Source of the DNA: the human T2T-CHM13v2.0 reference genome, Homo sapiens | Assembly (NCBI RefSeq): GCF_009914755.1 | Contig: NC_060941.1 | Reading direction: 5' to 3' (one strand) | DNA length: 64,000 nucleotides | Part shown: positions 14,237-46,602 of the stretch, piece by piece | Numbering within the stretch: the stretch's first letter is position 1 | Layout: each line of letters starts with the position of its first letter | Position numbers and translations under genes: made by a program | Notes under the pieces: model-generated | The model's database searches: none | Told to the model about the DNA's origin: nothing | What the model saw: only the letters and a program-made list of their open reading frames with translations

Positions 14237-15381
14237 TTGAGTAGGTTTGCGGATTTGTGGCTTCTCTTGTACTCAAGAAATCTGCCTAGACCCACAGAAT
14301 TTCTTCTGCCCCAGGGCTGGACCACCCTTTTTAAGCATGAAATATGCAACAATATCAGAGTGAGTTATACACATACATAATATGCACATACTAGTTATAC
14401 ATCTGCAGTATTGGGGTGAGTGTATGCACACTTAACAGCATGCACATGCAGAGTTACACACAGGCAATATCAGCGTAAGTTATACACACGTGTAAACACG
14501 TGTGTCTCAGGATAAGCTTATGTGTGATCACAGGAGTTCTGAGTGTGACCCTGAGGAGTCCCTGTTTCAGTCAAGCCCTGGAAACTTGGTGGCGCAGGGT
14601 GGTGAAGCCGAGGAGGGAGTGCAGAGGAAGGAGGCAGAGGGAGTGCCTTCAGCTTCTCGCACAGGGCCTTGGGTGGTGCTGTAGGGGTGGTGCTGAGGGG
14701 GCCTTGCACACTCCAAGAGGAAGTGTGTTCAGGCCGAACAGCCTGGGCTTCTCAAACACCACCTTACAGCGACAGCAGAAGACGGGGCTGTGGGGGGAAG
14801 TGTGTATATTGGGGAGTTGGGGGAACTGCCTGTTCTGCGCCTTCTCCCACCTCCCAGGACCCAGACCAGGAGGCTGAACGTGGAGAAGTTATTTCAGCAG
14901 CATATCCTTCACCCACGGCCGTTTCTGGAGATCCCCAACCCCTCCATGCCCCTCTGAGCACCCCCTTAGCACTCGCTGTCCTGGGTGTGTGAGGTGACCT
15001 CTGCCCTCCATCCACTAGAGACGCCTGTTTGGCCAGGGCCAGCCGGCAGGACTGCAGCCTCCAGCATCCGTTCCTCGCTTCTGAAGGCAGATTTGCCTTG
15101 GTTTCGTCACCTGTGAAATGGAGATGATGATAGCATGGAGGCTTCGGGATAAGTCAGCGTGCCTAGGCAGAATTGTATTCTCAGAATTCCTTTTCTTGGG
15201 TGTGTCCTGTTAGTGTGGGTCACAGAAAGCTTCCCGTAGGGGATTTGGGGGCGGACTCACTCTGATATTGTTGCATTTTTCAGGCTTAAAGAGGGGCCCA
15301 GCCCTGGGGCAGAAGAAATTCTGTGGGTCTAGGCAGATTTCTTGAGTACAAGAGAAGCCACAAATCCACAAACTTACTCAA
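14237..15381. repeat. ~128-bp inverted repeat (14237-14365 vs 15255-15381), ~890-bp spacer
   Basis: About 70-bp perfectly complementary core GGATTTGTGGCTTCTC...CCCCAGGGCTGG. Confidence 0.93.
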
Positions 15382-16320
15382 TGCCTGCTGACTGGCGGCA
15401 TTGGTGTGAGGCGGTGGCCAGGCCTGCATCTGCCCGCCCTCCCCTGGAACCTCCTTCAGTCTCCTGCCCCTGGGCCAGGCGTATGTGTTCATTTCCAGGA
15501 CGAAGGATCCTGGCTTTGGCAGGACGCCCACACCACCAATTTCAGAAGCAACAAGAACTGACGTGGGTTTCTGTCTGCCTGTCTGTCCTCGGGTCTCCAG
15601 CCTGTGCTATGGATTCTGACTTGTCCTTGATCTGCCCCACTTTACCTCCATGCTTCCTTCCCAACCATCTCCCCTGCGAACTTCAAGCCTCAGCATCAGA
15701 TGGGAAGACAGCTGCTTTATAGACACTGCTTACCCAGTGCCCACGACTGCCTACAGTCAAATCCCTGAAACAAAGCCCTTCACATATACCAGAAGAATCT
15801 CTCTCTACCATCTATCTATCTATCTATTTATCTACCTGTGTATCTATCTATGTATCTATGTATCTATTATCTATCTATCTATCTCTACTATCTATTGTCT
15901 ATCTCCTATCTATCTACCATGTATCTTCTATTTACTATTTATCATCTATCTGTTGATCTATTGATCTGTATCTATCATCTATCTACTATGTATTGTCTAT
16001 CTCCGATCTATCTACATATTATCTATCTTCTATTTGCTATTTATCTATCATCTAATTTATCATCTATCTTCTATATCTATGTATCTATCATCTATCTGCT
16101 ATTATCTCCTATCTTATCTACCTACCATCTATCTTCTATTTACTATTTATCTATCCCATCCATCCATCTATCCACCCATCCACCCATCCACCCATCCACC
16201 CACCCATCCACCCATCCACCCACCCATCCATCCATCCATCCATCCATCCATCCATCTCTATCTATCTATCTATCTATCTATCAATCTACTTACTTCTCTT
16301 GCTAAACGCTGACCCAGGTA
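15150..16320 (+). mobile_element. ERVL-type LTR remnant (MLT2/LTR41-like) containing an expanded TCTA/CCAT microsatellite
   Basis: cagaattcctttt...; cttcaagcctcagcatcagatg...caaatccctg; subfamily uncertain. Confidence 0.5.
15800..16288. repeat. Compound (TCTA)n/(CCAT/CCAC)n microsatellite
   Basis: Read directly from sequence. Confidence 0.95.
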
Positions 16321-16392
16321 GACACGTATTGCTTCTTGAGGTAGGAAATGAGTGGAGCCCAGGTGCTTGAAAGTGTTTGGTCACTGCAGGGC

Positions 16393-16575
16393 AGTGGTTC
16401 TTCAACTTGAGCACGCATCAGAATCATGTGGAGGGCTTCTTAAAACCCAGAGTGCTGGGTCCCACCCCTGGAGTTTCTGATTCTCAGGTCTGGAGTGGGG
16501 CCTGAGAATTTAACTGGTAAAGTTGCCAGGTGATGCTGACGCTGCTGGTCCGGGAACCACGCCTGAGAATGACTG
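16393..16575. mobile_element. MER5A (hAT) element; similar copies at about 22888-23060, 23905-24090 and 30748-30935
   Basis: cagtggttcttcaac...catcagaatca...gagtggggcctgagaattt...ccaggtgatgctga. Confidence 0.8.
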
Positions 16576-17384
16576 CTGTAAGGTGTTGTATGTGAAGGTG
16601 AGGGGTTACTGCGGCCACGCAGCGATCCTGGCAGGGCAGCTGCAGCAGTGCCTTCCCTGAGACAACAGGAATCCGGGCAGTCTGAGGGCCCTCTAGGATC
16701 ACAGGGCCAGGGAGGAGACACGGAGCCTTGTTAAGTCTGCTCCTCAGCCTGCTTTGGGGACAAAAGCACAGGGCCTCTGCTTTCTGGGAGGCAGACTGAC
16801 GACGGGGAGAGACCAGGCTCAGGAAGAGCAGACCCAGGGGTGAATCCTGACCCTGTCGTCCTGTAGCCAGGGTTCCCAGGCAAGCATCCTGCTCTGTGAG
16901 TCAGGATAATGATGCCTCACTGGGTTTTCAAAAGGCGGATACAAATGAAGTCCCTGTTGAATACATGTTACTTCCCCACGGCTCTCTGACTTGGCTTTTG
17001 CTATTGATTTAAAAATGTGCAATTGAGTTTTTGAACCTAAGTTTGAGATTTTACATTGACCTCGATTGAGTTGAGTTTGGCTGGTTTTAATCCATCATCC
17101 CAGCCTGCTGAGGTGCTCCTGAGCCTTGAGCTTGTCATTTGGCACATTAGTGATCCCTCCCTAGTTACTGGTGGCCTGCCCAGTAACTAGGGCAGTAACT
17201 AGGGCTGTTCCTTCCTTAGCGTTGCTGACACTGGCTTGCATGTTTTAGCGCACACAGTGGGGCAGGGGAGCAGAGCTTGCTCCTGAAGTCAGGGAAGAGT
17301 GCTCGACTCAGCACTTTTGCAGCTCTGACCTGGGAAGCTGCCTTCGTAGTTTTAAGTGGGTCTTTGCACCCAAATTAGAAACAC

Positions 17385-17783
<399 letters not shown>

Positions 17784-18207
17784 AGTTTGAAGTGGTGGAT
17801 GAGAGAAGAGTCCTCTGTACTGACCCTACTGGTTTGTTGCCCACCTGAACACTGACTGTGTGTGAGCCCAAAGGTGAGGGGACACCAGACCTAAGATGTG
17901 GTTTCTAGTTCCCAGGCAGCCTAGGTGACCAGCTTTGAGAGTGAGTGCTTGTTGGGGGGGTCCCCCGTCACTGCACTCTTCCCCATGAATAAACTACCAA
18001 AGGGCTAGAGAGAACTTGAGAACAAACTTCATATAACATTCACTGTTTTCAGGGATAGAGTGAGGCCCACGGGGGAAAATAAGCAGGTGTCCCTCAGCAG
18101 GAAGGCACAGCAGGCATCGGTCCCGAGCTGGACTGACTGGACCGCAGGCTCACGACTTCTTCTTTCACGATCTCTGTCTCAGGACATTCTGGAACAAGGC
18201 TGCCTCC

Positions 18208-32671
<14,464 letters not shown>

Positions 32672-32885
32672 GGTGGCAGTGACCTCACGGCCCAGGCAGC
32701 TGACTCTTCACAGTGAAATTGTGGGTAGCAGAGCCACAGGTGGCTCAGGGGTGGTGGCTGCACTCTTGTTTCTCCCTTCGGCCTACAGGGTCCCACAGAT
32801 GATGGAGTTTGAGACTCCACAGAAGGTGGCTGGAGACAGGTTGGGCGGCTCAGGACGATGTGCTGGGGCAGTTATGGGAGATGTG

Positions 32886-32898
32886 GTTACCTAGCAAC
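32886..32898. promoter_or_regulatory. RFX X-box in CCDC42 proximal promoter
   Basis: GTTACCTAGCAAC about 215 bp upstream of the ATG; second X-box-like GTTGCCATGGAGCC at 33059-33072; fits RFX2/3 control of ciliary/flagellar genes. Confidence 0.7.
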
Positions 32899-33109
32899 AG
32901 GCTGCCTGGTTCTGTGGCCGGCACGTGGAGTCCAGGCGCTGCCCTCTGCCCCCTGCCCCCTGCCCCCATTGGTCCTCCCCTTGCTGGGGTCCTGCTCTCT
33001 GCTCCTGCCCTTTGCCCTCAGGAACTTCTGGGAAGGCATTAGGCCTGGTTAGATGCTGGTTGCCATGGAGCCCAGGGCCAGAGGCAGTTTCTGGTGAGTG
33101 TGGCTGAGA

Positions 33110-34330
<1,221 letters not shown>

Positions 34331-34890
34331 GCAAGACAGTCCCTACCCCACGCAGAACACACCCACACAATGGCCACCCCACCCCTAAACAAGAGGTGGT
34401 TCTCCACCGGAGCCCCGGAGGAACACGCCCAGCAGGGCGACAATAAGACCGCCAAGAACGATTCAAGCTCCTCGGAGGGGCATGTTTCCTTGTTTATCCA
34501 CAGAGGCTGGCACAGTCAATCTGGGCTTCCCCTCCCTTTCTTTAAGGTCGTGCCTAGGAGCTGTGCAACGCCAGCCCTTGAGGAGGAAGCCATCTGTTTC
34601 TGGAATCACCCTCCCCGCCACGTATATGAGACATATCCTTGATTGTCCGTGAAATCAGGTGGTCCAGGGCCAGGTTGGTCCATAGAGGTAGGTGTAAGAC
34701 ATCCTCTGCTCCTGCCCAAGGGTCTCCTCGTATCTGGAAGCTCTTTCTGCTGCTTGGTTTGGTACCTATCATGGGAGTTTTCGTGATCCTTGCACACCAC
34801 CATCCCTCTCTGGAGTCTCACTGCCCTCCCAGGGACCCTGAGCAAGACGCAGGGCTGTCTCGGATTTACAGAGGTCTGTCCTATCCCCAT

Positions 34891-35103
34891 CTTTTCCCTT
34901 CCCTTCCCTTCCCTTCCCTTCCCTTCCCTTCCCTTCCCTTCCCTGCCCTTCCCTGCCCTGCCCTGCCCTGCCCTGCCCTGCCCTGCCCTCCCCTCCCCTC
35001 CCCTCCCCTCCTCCTCCCACCACCCTCCCCCTCCCTTCCCCCTCCCCTTCCCTCTCCCTCCCCCTCCCGCTTTCCCACCCCTCTCTCCTCCCCTCCCCTC
35101 TCC
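34891..35103. repeat. Polypyrimidine (CCCTT)n(CCCTG)n(CCCTC)n tract
   Basis: Read directly from sequence. Confidence 0.95.
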
Positions 35104-36036
35104 TGAGGATATAAAATAACTGAATAGACTTACAAAATGTCTAAATGATGGTTCAGTATGGTAAAGCTGTAAATTCCATCCAAATGAATTTAGGAATTTA
35201 ATGCGATTGCAATCAAAATTTCAGAGAGTTTTTTTCCCCATAGATGTTGACAGAACAATGTAAAAGTTCATCTAGAGAACTGAGTACTTAAGGAACTATC
35301 ACAAAAGAAGAATGAGAGGGAATGTCCACTGCCAGACACCAAAATGTGTTCTAAGGTGAAAGTGTTAAAACAGCATGTTGCTAGTGCCACTCCAGGCAAA
35401 ATCCTCAAGTGCTCTAAGGGCTTGGGCAAGTACCTTGCTCTAAGATAGCCCTGACTTTGTGAGCTGCCTAAAGGCATGAAAATTCACAATATTCAAACAC
35501 ACTTCTGACAAAAACCAAAACAAGATCAAAAACACATCTGGAGCCCTGAAATGGGGTACAGGGACCCAGTTTATGATCCTTGACACAATAAACAGAATAG
35601 AAAATCCAGAAAGAGTCTCAAGTTTCTATAGGAATGCATTATATGCTATTACGGCATATCCCAGTGGGGAAAGTATAGATTATGCCACAAATGGTGCTGG
35701 GATAACTAGCTAATTATTTGGAAAAAAGAAACACATATAGAAATCAAATTCCAGATGGGTTTATTTAAATGGGAAATTAAATGTTCAATGTGAAAATTCA
35801 TTATGTAGCAGGATATTCAATGGGAATGATACTTTTTTGGTTTTTTTGCCACTGGTGAGAGACCTGCCAGAACACAGCCTTGATCTCGCAAGTCATATGT
35901 GAGTCTCTGAAGACTTTACAAGTCTAATTTACAAGTTTAAATTCCAACCCAAAGCGTAGAGAGTCTTCATTTCCCTGCATCCTCACTGCTGTGAACTGAA
36001 TCTGTGTGCCCCCTCAAAATTCATATGTTGAAACCC

Positions 36037-36385
36037 TGTCTTAGTCCGTTTTCATGCTGCTGATAAAGACATCCAAGTCTGAAAAGAAAAAGAGGTTTAA
36101 TTGGACTTACAGTTCCACATGGCTGGGAGGCCTGAGTCATGGCGGGAGGTGACAGGCACTTCTTACATGGTGGTGGCAGGAGAAAATGAAAGGGAAGCAA
36201 GAGTGGAAACTCCTGATAAACCCATCAGATCTGCTGAGACTTATTCACTATCAGGAGAATAGCACAGGAAAGACCAGCTGCCACAATTCAATTACCTCTG
36301 CCTGGGTCCCTCTCATGACATGTGGGAATTCTGGGAGATACAATTCAAGTTGAGATTTGCATGGGGACACAGACAAACCATATCA
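36037..36385 (-). mobile_element. THE1-type LTR nested in an MLT1/MST LTR (duplicate copy 1)
   Basis: ttagtccgttttcatgctgctgataaagac...aaccatatca; TSD AACCC. Confidence 0.8.
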
Positions 36386-37309
36386 AACCCTAATCTCCAA
36401 TATAATTGTACTTGGATATAGAGCCTTTGGGATGTATTAGCTCCTAAGGGTGGTACCCTCATGATAGCTTTAGTGCCCTTTTAACAAAAGAGACAGCTTG
36501 CTTTCTCTCTCTTTGCTCTCTGCCATGTGAGGGAGCAACAGGAAGACAGCCATCTGCAAACCAGCAAGCTGACTTTCAGCAGATGCTGCTTCTCCTGGCA
36601 CCTTGATCTTGGACTTCCTGGCCTCTAGAACTATGAGAAAGAAATGTTTAAGATTTCCAGTCTGCAAACCAGCAAATGGGCCCTCACCAGACACTGCCTG
36701 TCCTGGCACCTTGATCTTGGACTTCTCAGCCTCCAGAAATGTGAGAAAGAAATGTTTTAAGTTTCCCAGTCTATGAGAATTTGTTAGAACAGAACAAACT
36801 GACTAAGACACTCACTAACATGGTATATTACCAATCTCTTAAATTTTGCCAGTCTGATAGGTGAAGTTACTCATCTTTATACAGCCATTTCTTCTTCTGT
36901 GAGTCTCCTGTTCATGTTTCATGCGCATTTTAAACATCAAGTTGCTTTGCATTTTTATTGATTTATAGAAGGTCTTTATGTATTCTGGAAAGTAATCCTG
37001 TATTTTTCATGCTTACTGCTACTCATCCTAATACTTTTGAGTGGATTGGTTGGACCCTCATTGGATGCAGCAAGGGACAGGAAGGCAACTCAGGCAGCAA
37101 ACCATGGCAGGCTGACCAATAGCCAGTCACACAGGCAGATTCACCAAGTCAGCAGAAGAATTAGCTTTCCCTCCTTCTAGGCTTGGGATTCTCTAACAGC
37201 AGAGATGGCACTAAACAGGAGATGTGGGCAATATTTGGTCTGTTTACCCTGTGACTACATCATTGGCAGATAGATACAACAGACCTGCAGTCCCCAAGAA
37301 TGTTTTGAA

Positions 37310-37913
37310 TTTTTTTTTTTTTTTTTGAGACAGGGTCCTGCTCTGTTGCCCAGGCTGGAGTGCAGTGGTATGATCATGGCTCATGCAGCCTCGACCTCCC
37401 AGGCCCAAGCAATCCTCCCACCTCAGCCTCCTGGGTAGCTGGGACTGCAGGTGTGCACCACCACACCTGGCTAAGTTTCGTATTTTTTTTTTTTGAGATG
37501 GAGTCTCGCTCTGTCACACCCAGGCTGGAGTGCAGTGGAGTGATCTAGGCTCACTGCCACCTCTACCTCCCAGGTTCAAGTGATTCTCCTGCCTCAGCCT
37601 CCTGAGTAGCTGGGACTACAAGCGCATGCCACTACGCCCGGCTAATTTTTTGTATTTTTTTTTGTAGAGACAGGGTTTCACCATGTCAGCCAGGATGGTT
37701 TCGATCTCCTGATCTTGTGATCTGCCCACCTCGGCCTCCCAAAGTGCTGGGATTACAGGCTTGAGCCACCGTGCCAGGCCCAGTTTTGTATTTTTATAGA
37801 GGTGTGTTTCGCCATGTTGCCCAGGCTGCTCTTGAACTTCTGGGCTCAAACCATCTGCCCACCTGGGCCTCCCAAAGTGCTGAAATGACAGGCATGAGCC
37901 ACTGTGCCTGGCC
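37310..37913 (-). mobile_element. AluJ with an AluSc-like element (37482-37781) nested in its A-rich linker
   Basis: Outer TSD cccaagaatgttt; inner TSD-like agttt(c/t)gtattttt. Confidence 0.85.
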
Positions 37914-38317
37914 ATCCCAAGAATGTTTGGAGTGTTCAGGGTCAGTGCAGACTCTTGTTAACTCCCTAAGTTCATCCCATTATAAGTTCACCCCTGGACA
38001 TTGCACAAACGCTTCTCAAATTCCTCCCAGATCTTACTTGCCTCATTTGCATGTGGTTTATGGTATTGGTGACACGAGGGTCCTAGAATGAAGGTAATCT
38101 GTAACAATAGCTTCACGGTTCCATGTGCTGGAATAGTAATTGCATTCTAGGCTCAGCCATGCTTGTGGTTACACAAACATCAACACTTTGCAAACTCCTC
38201 CTCCTTATCTTGTGTGTCTGTCAAGCATCTCCTCAGAGTTCATTGACTTCAGTGATTTGATGTCTACTAACTAACCCGAGATACTTCCCTCCTGTCATAA
38301 ATAGTTTTACTGTATGG

Positions 38318-38986
<669 letters not shown>

Positions 38987-39088
38987 TCAAATAACTAAAA
39001 CCGCATTAAACAAAAATGTCATTGGACAACAAATAAGCAATCCAGACCAATATGGTCACAGTCGTTGTGAAGATGAGAAAACTTCATC

Positions 39089-39094
39089 TTTATT
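39089..39094 (-). terminator. Poly(A) signal AATAAA of SPDYE4 3' UTR
   Basis: GCAATAAAGATG on minus strand, followed by GT/T-rich downstream sequence. Confidence 0.65.
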
Positions 39095-39350
39095 GCATTT
39101 TCCCAGGTAGCGCAGTGCACTGTCCTCTTTGAAACACACAGCTCCTGTCCTCCTTTCAAACACATGTCCTCTTTAAAGTAACATACAAACCTTTCAATAC
39201 AAGCTAAAAAATTACGTCTGAATTCTCACAGTTCAATAACAAACAAACACTCAACATCAAATAAAAATTTATTTTTACAAGAATTTCGGGGAAATGCCAC
39301 CTAGCTATAAATAGAATAGATATATTATGTAACTACTCTAGGTCATAACA

Positions 39351-39400
39351 GTGCTCCCTTCAGCAGCACATGTAATAACAGATAAAAAGATTTAAAAATA
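39351..39400 (+). pseudogene. Degenerate U6 snRNA 5' fragment (copy A)
   Basis: GTGCTCCCTTCAGCAGCACAT, 19/21 match to U6 nt 1-21 GTGCTCGCTTCGGCAGCACAT. Confidence 0.6.
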
Positions 39401-39778
39401 AAACATTTAGGATAAAAAGAATCCTCTCTTAAAAATGAAAACAGAATTATATCTATGTGTATATAACAGGTGTAACACCCATCACACAACTTCATAAGAA
39501 CAGTGTCTTTTAAAAAATACTTGTATTTCTAAACTAGTTAAATAAATGTAGTAATAATGCCATGCCCATCATTTTCAAAATAAACAAATAAAATGTATAG
39601 TATATATTGGACATGTTAGTATATATGGAAGGCATGTTAAAAATCACAACTGAATTCTCACAATTCAGTAACAAACAGTAAACAGAAAATAAACATTTCT
39701 ATTTACAAGAATGTAGGGGAACTACCACCTAGCTATAAATATAATGGATATATTAGGTCAGTATCATAGATTACAAGA

Positions 39779-39830
39779 GTGCTCGCTTCAGGAGCACATT
39801 TAATAATAGATAAAACGATTTAAAGAGAAA
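39779..39830 (+). pseudogene. Degenerate U6 snRNA 5' fragment (copy B)
   Basis: GTGCTCGCTTCAGGAGCACAT (19/21), followed by AACGAT..AGAGAA resembling U6 GGAACGATACAGAGAAG. Confidence 0.65.
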
Positions 39831-41352
39831 ACATTTACGATAAAAAGAATCCTCTCTTAAAAATGAAAACTAAATTATATTTATGTGTATATAACAACCG
39901 TCAGAGAACTCTATAGGAACAGCATGTTTTCAAAACTACAAAAACCCCAAACTATTTTAAATCAACCTAGTAATAATTCTATGGCCAACATTTGAAAAAT
40001 AAACCAACAAAATGTACAGTATCTATTAAACTATCTCTTAAAATCCTATGGCAGTAATTTCATATTTTACAAAGAATTCCGTAACAATCTGAGTGCCTGC
40101 GCTGTGCCTTCAAATGCTCTGGACTGTGGCAACCAAGTCCATAGGAAACAGGAACTCCAGCTTCCAGCCCAGGGGAGGCTGGGATTCAGCAACGTGAAAA
40201 GGGAGGTTTTGCCGCAGGAAGGGGTGGAACCAGAAACACCCCTGGTTTCTCACTTTCCCTCCACTGACTCCTAGAAATACCTCCATGGCTCCTAGGAGGA
40301 AAACCTGGTCACTCTATTTTGCCCCTTCTAGAAGAGTCCAGCTTCTTCTAGATGATCTGCACAGGAGGCTCCTCTCTCCCTTCCTGGTGTCTGGCATTAG
40401 CGTCGCGATAAACTTCCTGCTGAAAATTCCCATCTCCCCTGGGCCCAGTGTTCTGGAAGTGAGAGAGAGGATGTCACACTTCAAGGAGGGAGATCTCTAG
40501 ATAGGAAGGTTATTCCCATCCCACATCAATCCTAACTAGAGTTCAGAGCAATATATAAATCTGATTTTATCTCTAACCCTTTATTGTAAACCCTGATTCT
40601 GAACCATCATTTTTGATTCTGGTACTCACACTTTGGTGAGCTTGACTCCAAAAATCACTTAATATACCCAAGGTTAGCCCCAGTGATCTGCTTCATAGCA
40701 AGGACTTTGGGTGGCTCCACCCAGGGAGTAGAGCACCCTTGGAGGACGTGGCTTTGGACTTCATCACACTTGGGGCCCTTTATATTGCTTAAGATCTAAA
40801 CTTTTAACCATGCTACAAACATGTCTAACACGACAACCTCAGGAACCAGCAGACCAGATTCCTAATCCCCAACCTTAATCTCTCATGTTTTAGTCTAATG
40901 CTTGGTCCTAAATGTGGTTAGCTGCACAAGATGTCAACCAAATCTTCACTGAATCCTTTCCTCAAATCAGTAACTCAAGTGTATCAACCATAATGAACCT
41001 CCCTGGACCTAGGTAGTATTCTCATTTTTGAGAAAGAGTGTCACTCTGTCGTCCCGGCTGGAGTGCAGTGGCAGAATCACAGCTCACTGCAGCCCCGACC
41101 TCCGGGGCTCTGGTGTTCCTTCCGCCTCAGGCTCCTGAGTAGTGGGGACTAGAGGCGCCCACCAGGACGCCCGGCTAATTTTTGTATTTTTGTGGAGACG
41201 GGGTGTCGCCATGTTGACCAGGCTTGAAGCTGGATCAAGCAGTTGAGTTCCTTGGATTTTCTTATAGATGAGAATATTCTGCCTTTACCCTGGAGGATAC
41301 ACACGTACCTTCCCTCAGGCCGATGACCTCAGGCCTCCATGTCCCCGGAGCT

Positions 41353-46602
<5,250 letters not shown>

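Larger units (their letters stand above)
39218..40027. repeat. Diverged ~430-bp tandem duplication in SPDYE4 3' UTR
   Basis: Shared anchors CTGAATTCTCACA (39218/39650), CCACCTAGCTATAAATA, GATAAAAAGAATCCTCTCTTAAAAATGAAAAC, TATGTGTATATAACA. Confidence 0.9.
39070..40452 (-). other. SPDYE4: Probable SPDYE4 non-coding last exon (AU-rich 3' UTR)
   Basis: Acceptor CCTCTCTCTCACTTCCAG| with exon starting at 40452; minus-strand AATAAA at 39273-39268 and 39094-39089; 3' end position approximate. Confidence 0.7.

Noticed and set aside
14237-15381. Inverted repeat as TIRs of a novel DNA transposon or MITE
   Set aside because: No target-site duplication at the outer ends, and one arm is embedded in native local repeats while the other interrupts an LTR
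15650-16312. Hydrophobic Y/L/S/I-rich ORFs
   Set aside because: Translations of the TCTA/CCAT microsatellite
17988-17993. Plus-strand AATAAA next to the CCDC42 3' end
   Set aside because: Wrong strand for CCDC42 and no evidence for a convergent transcript
37771-38091. Near-identical 106-aa and 111-aa ORFs here and at 51630-51965
   Set aside because: They start in Alu sequence; the similarity simply reflects the flanking duplication
39300-39830. U6-like sequences as functional Pol III U6 genes (TATA-like motifs upstream)
   Set aside because: Only the first ~50 nt are similar; the 3' half and T-run terminator are absent, no PSE is recognisable, and the AT-rich context explains the TATA-like motifs
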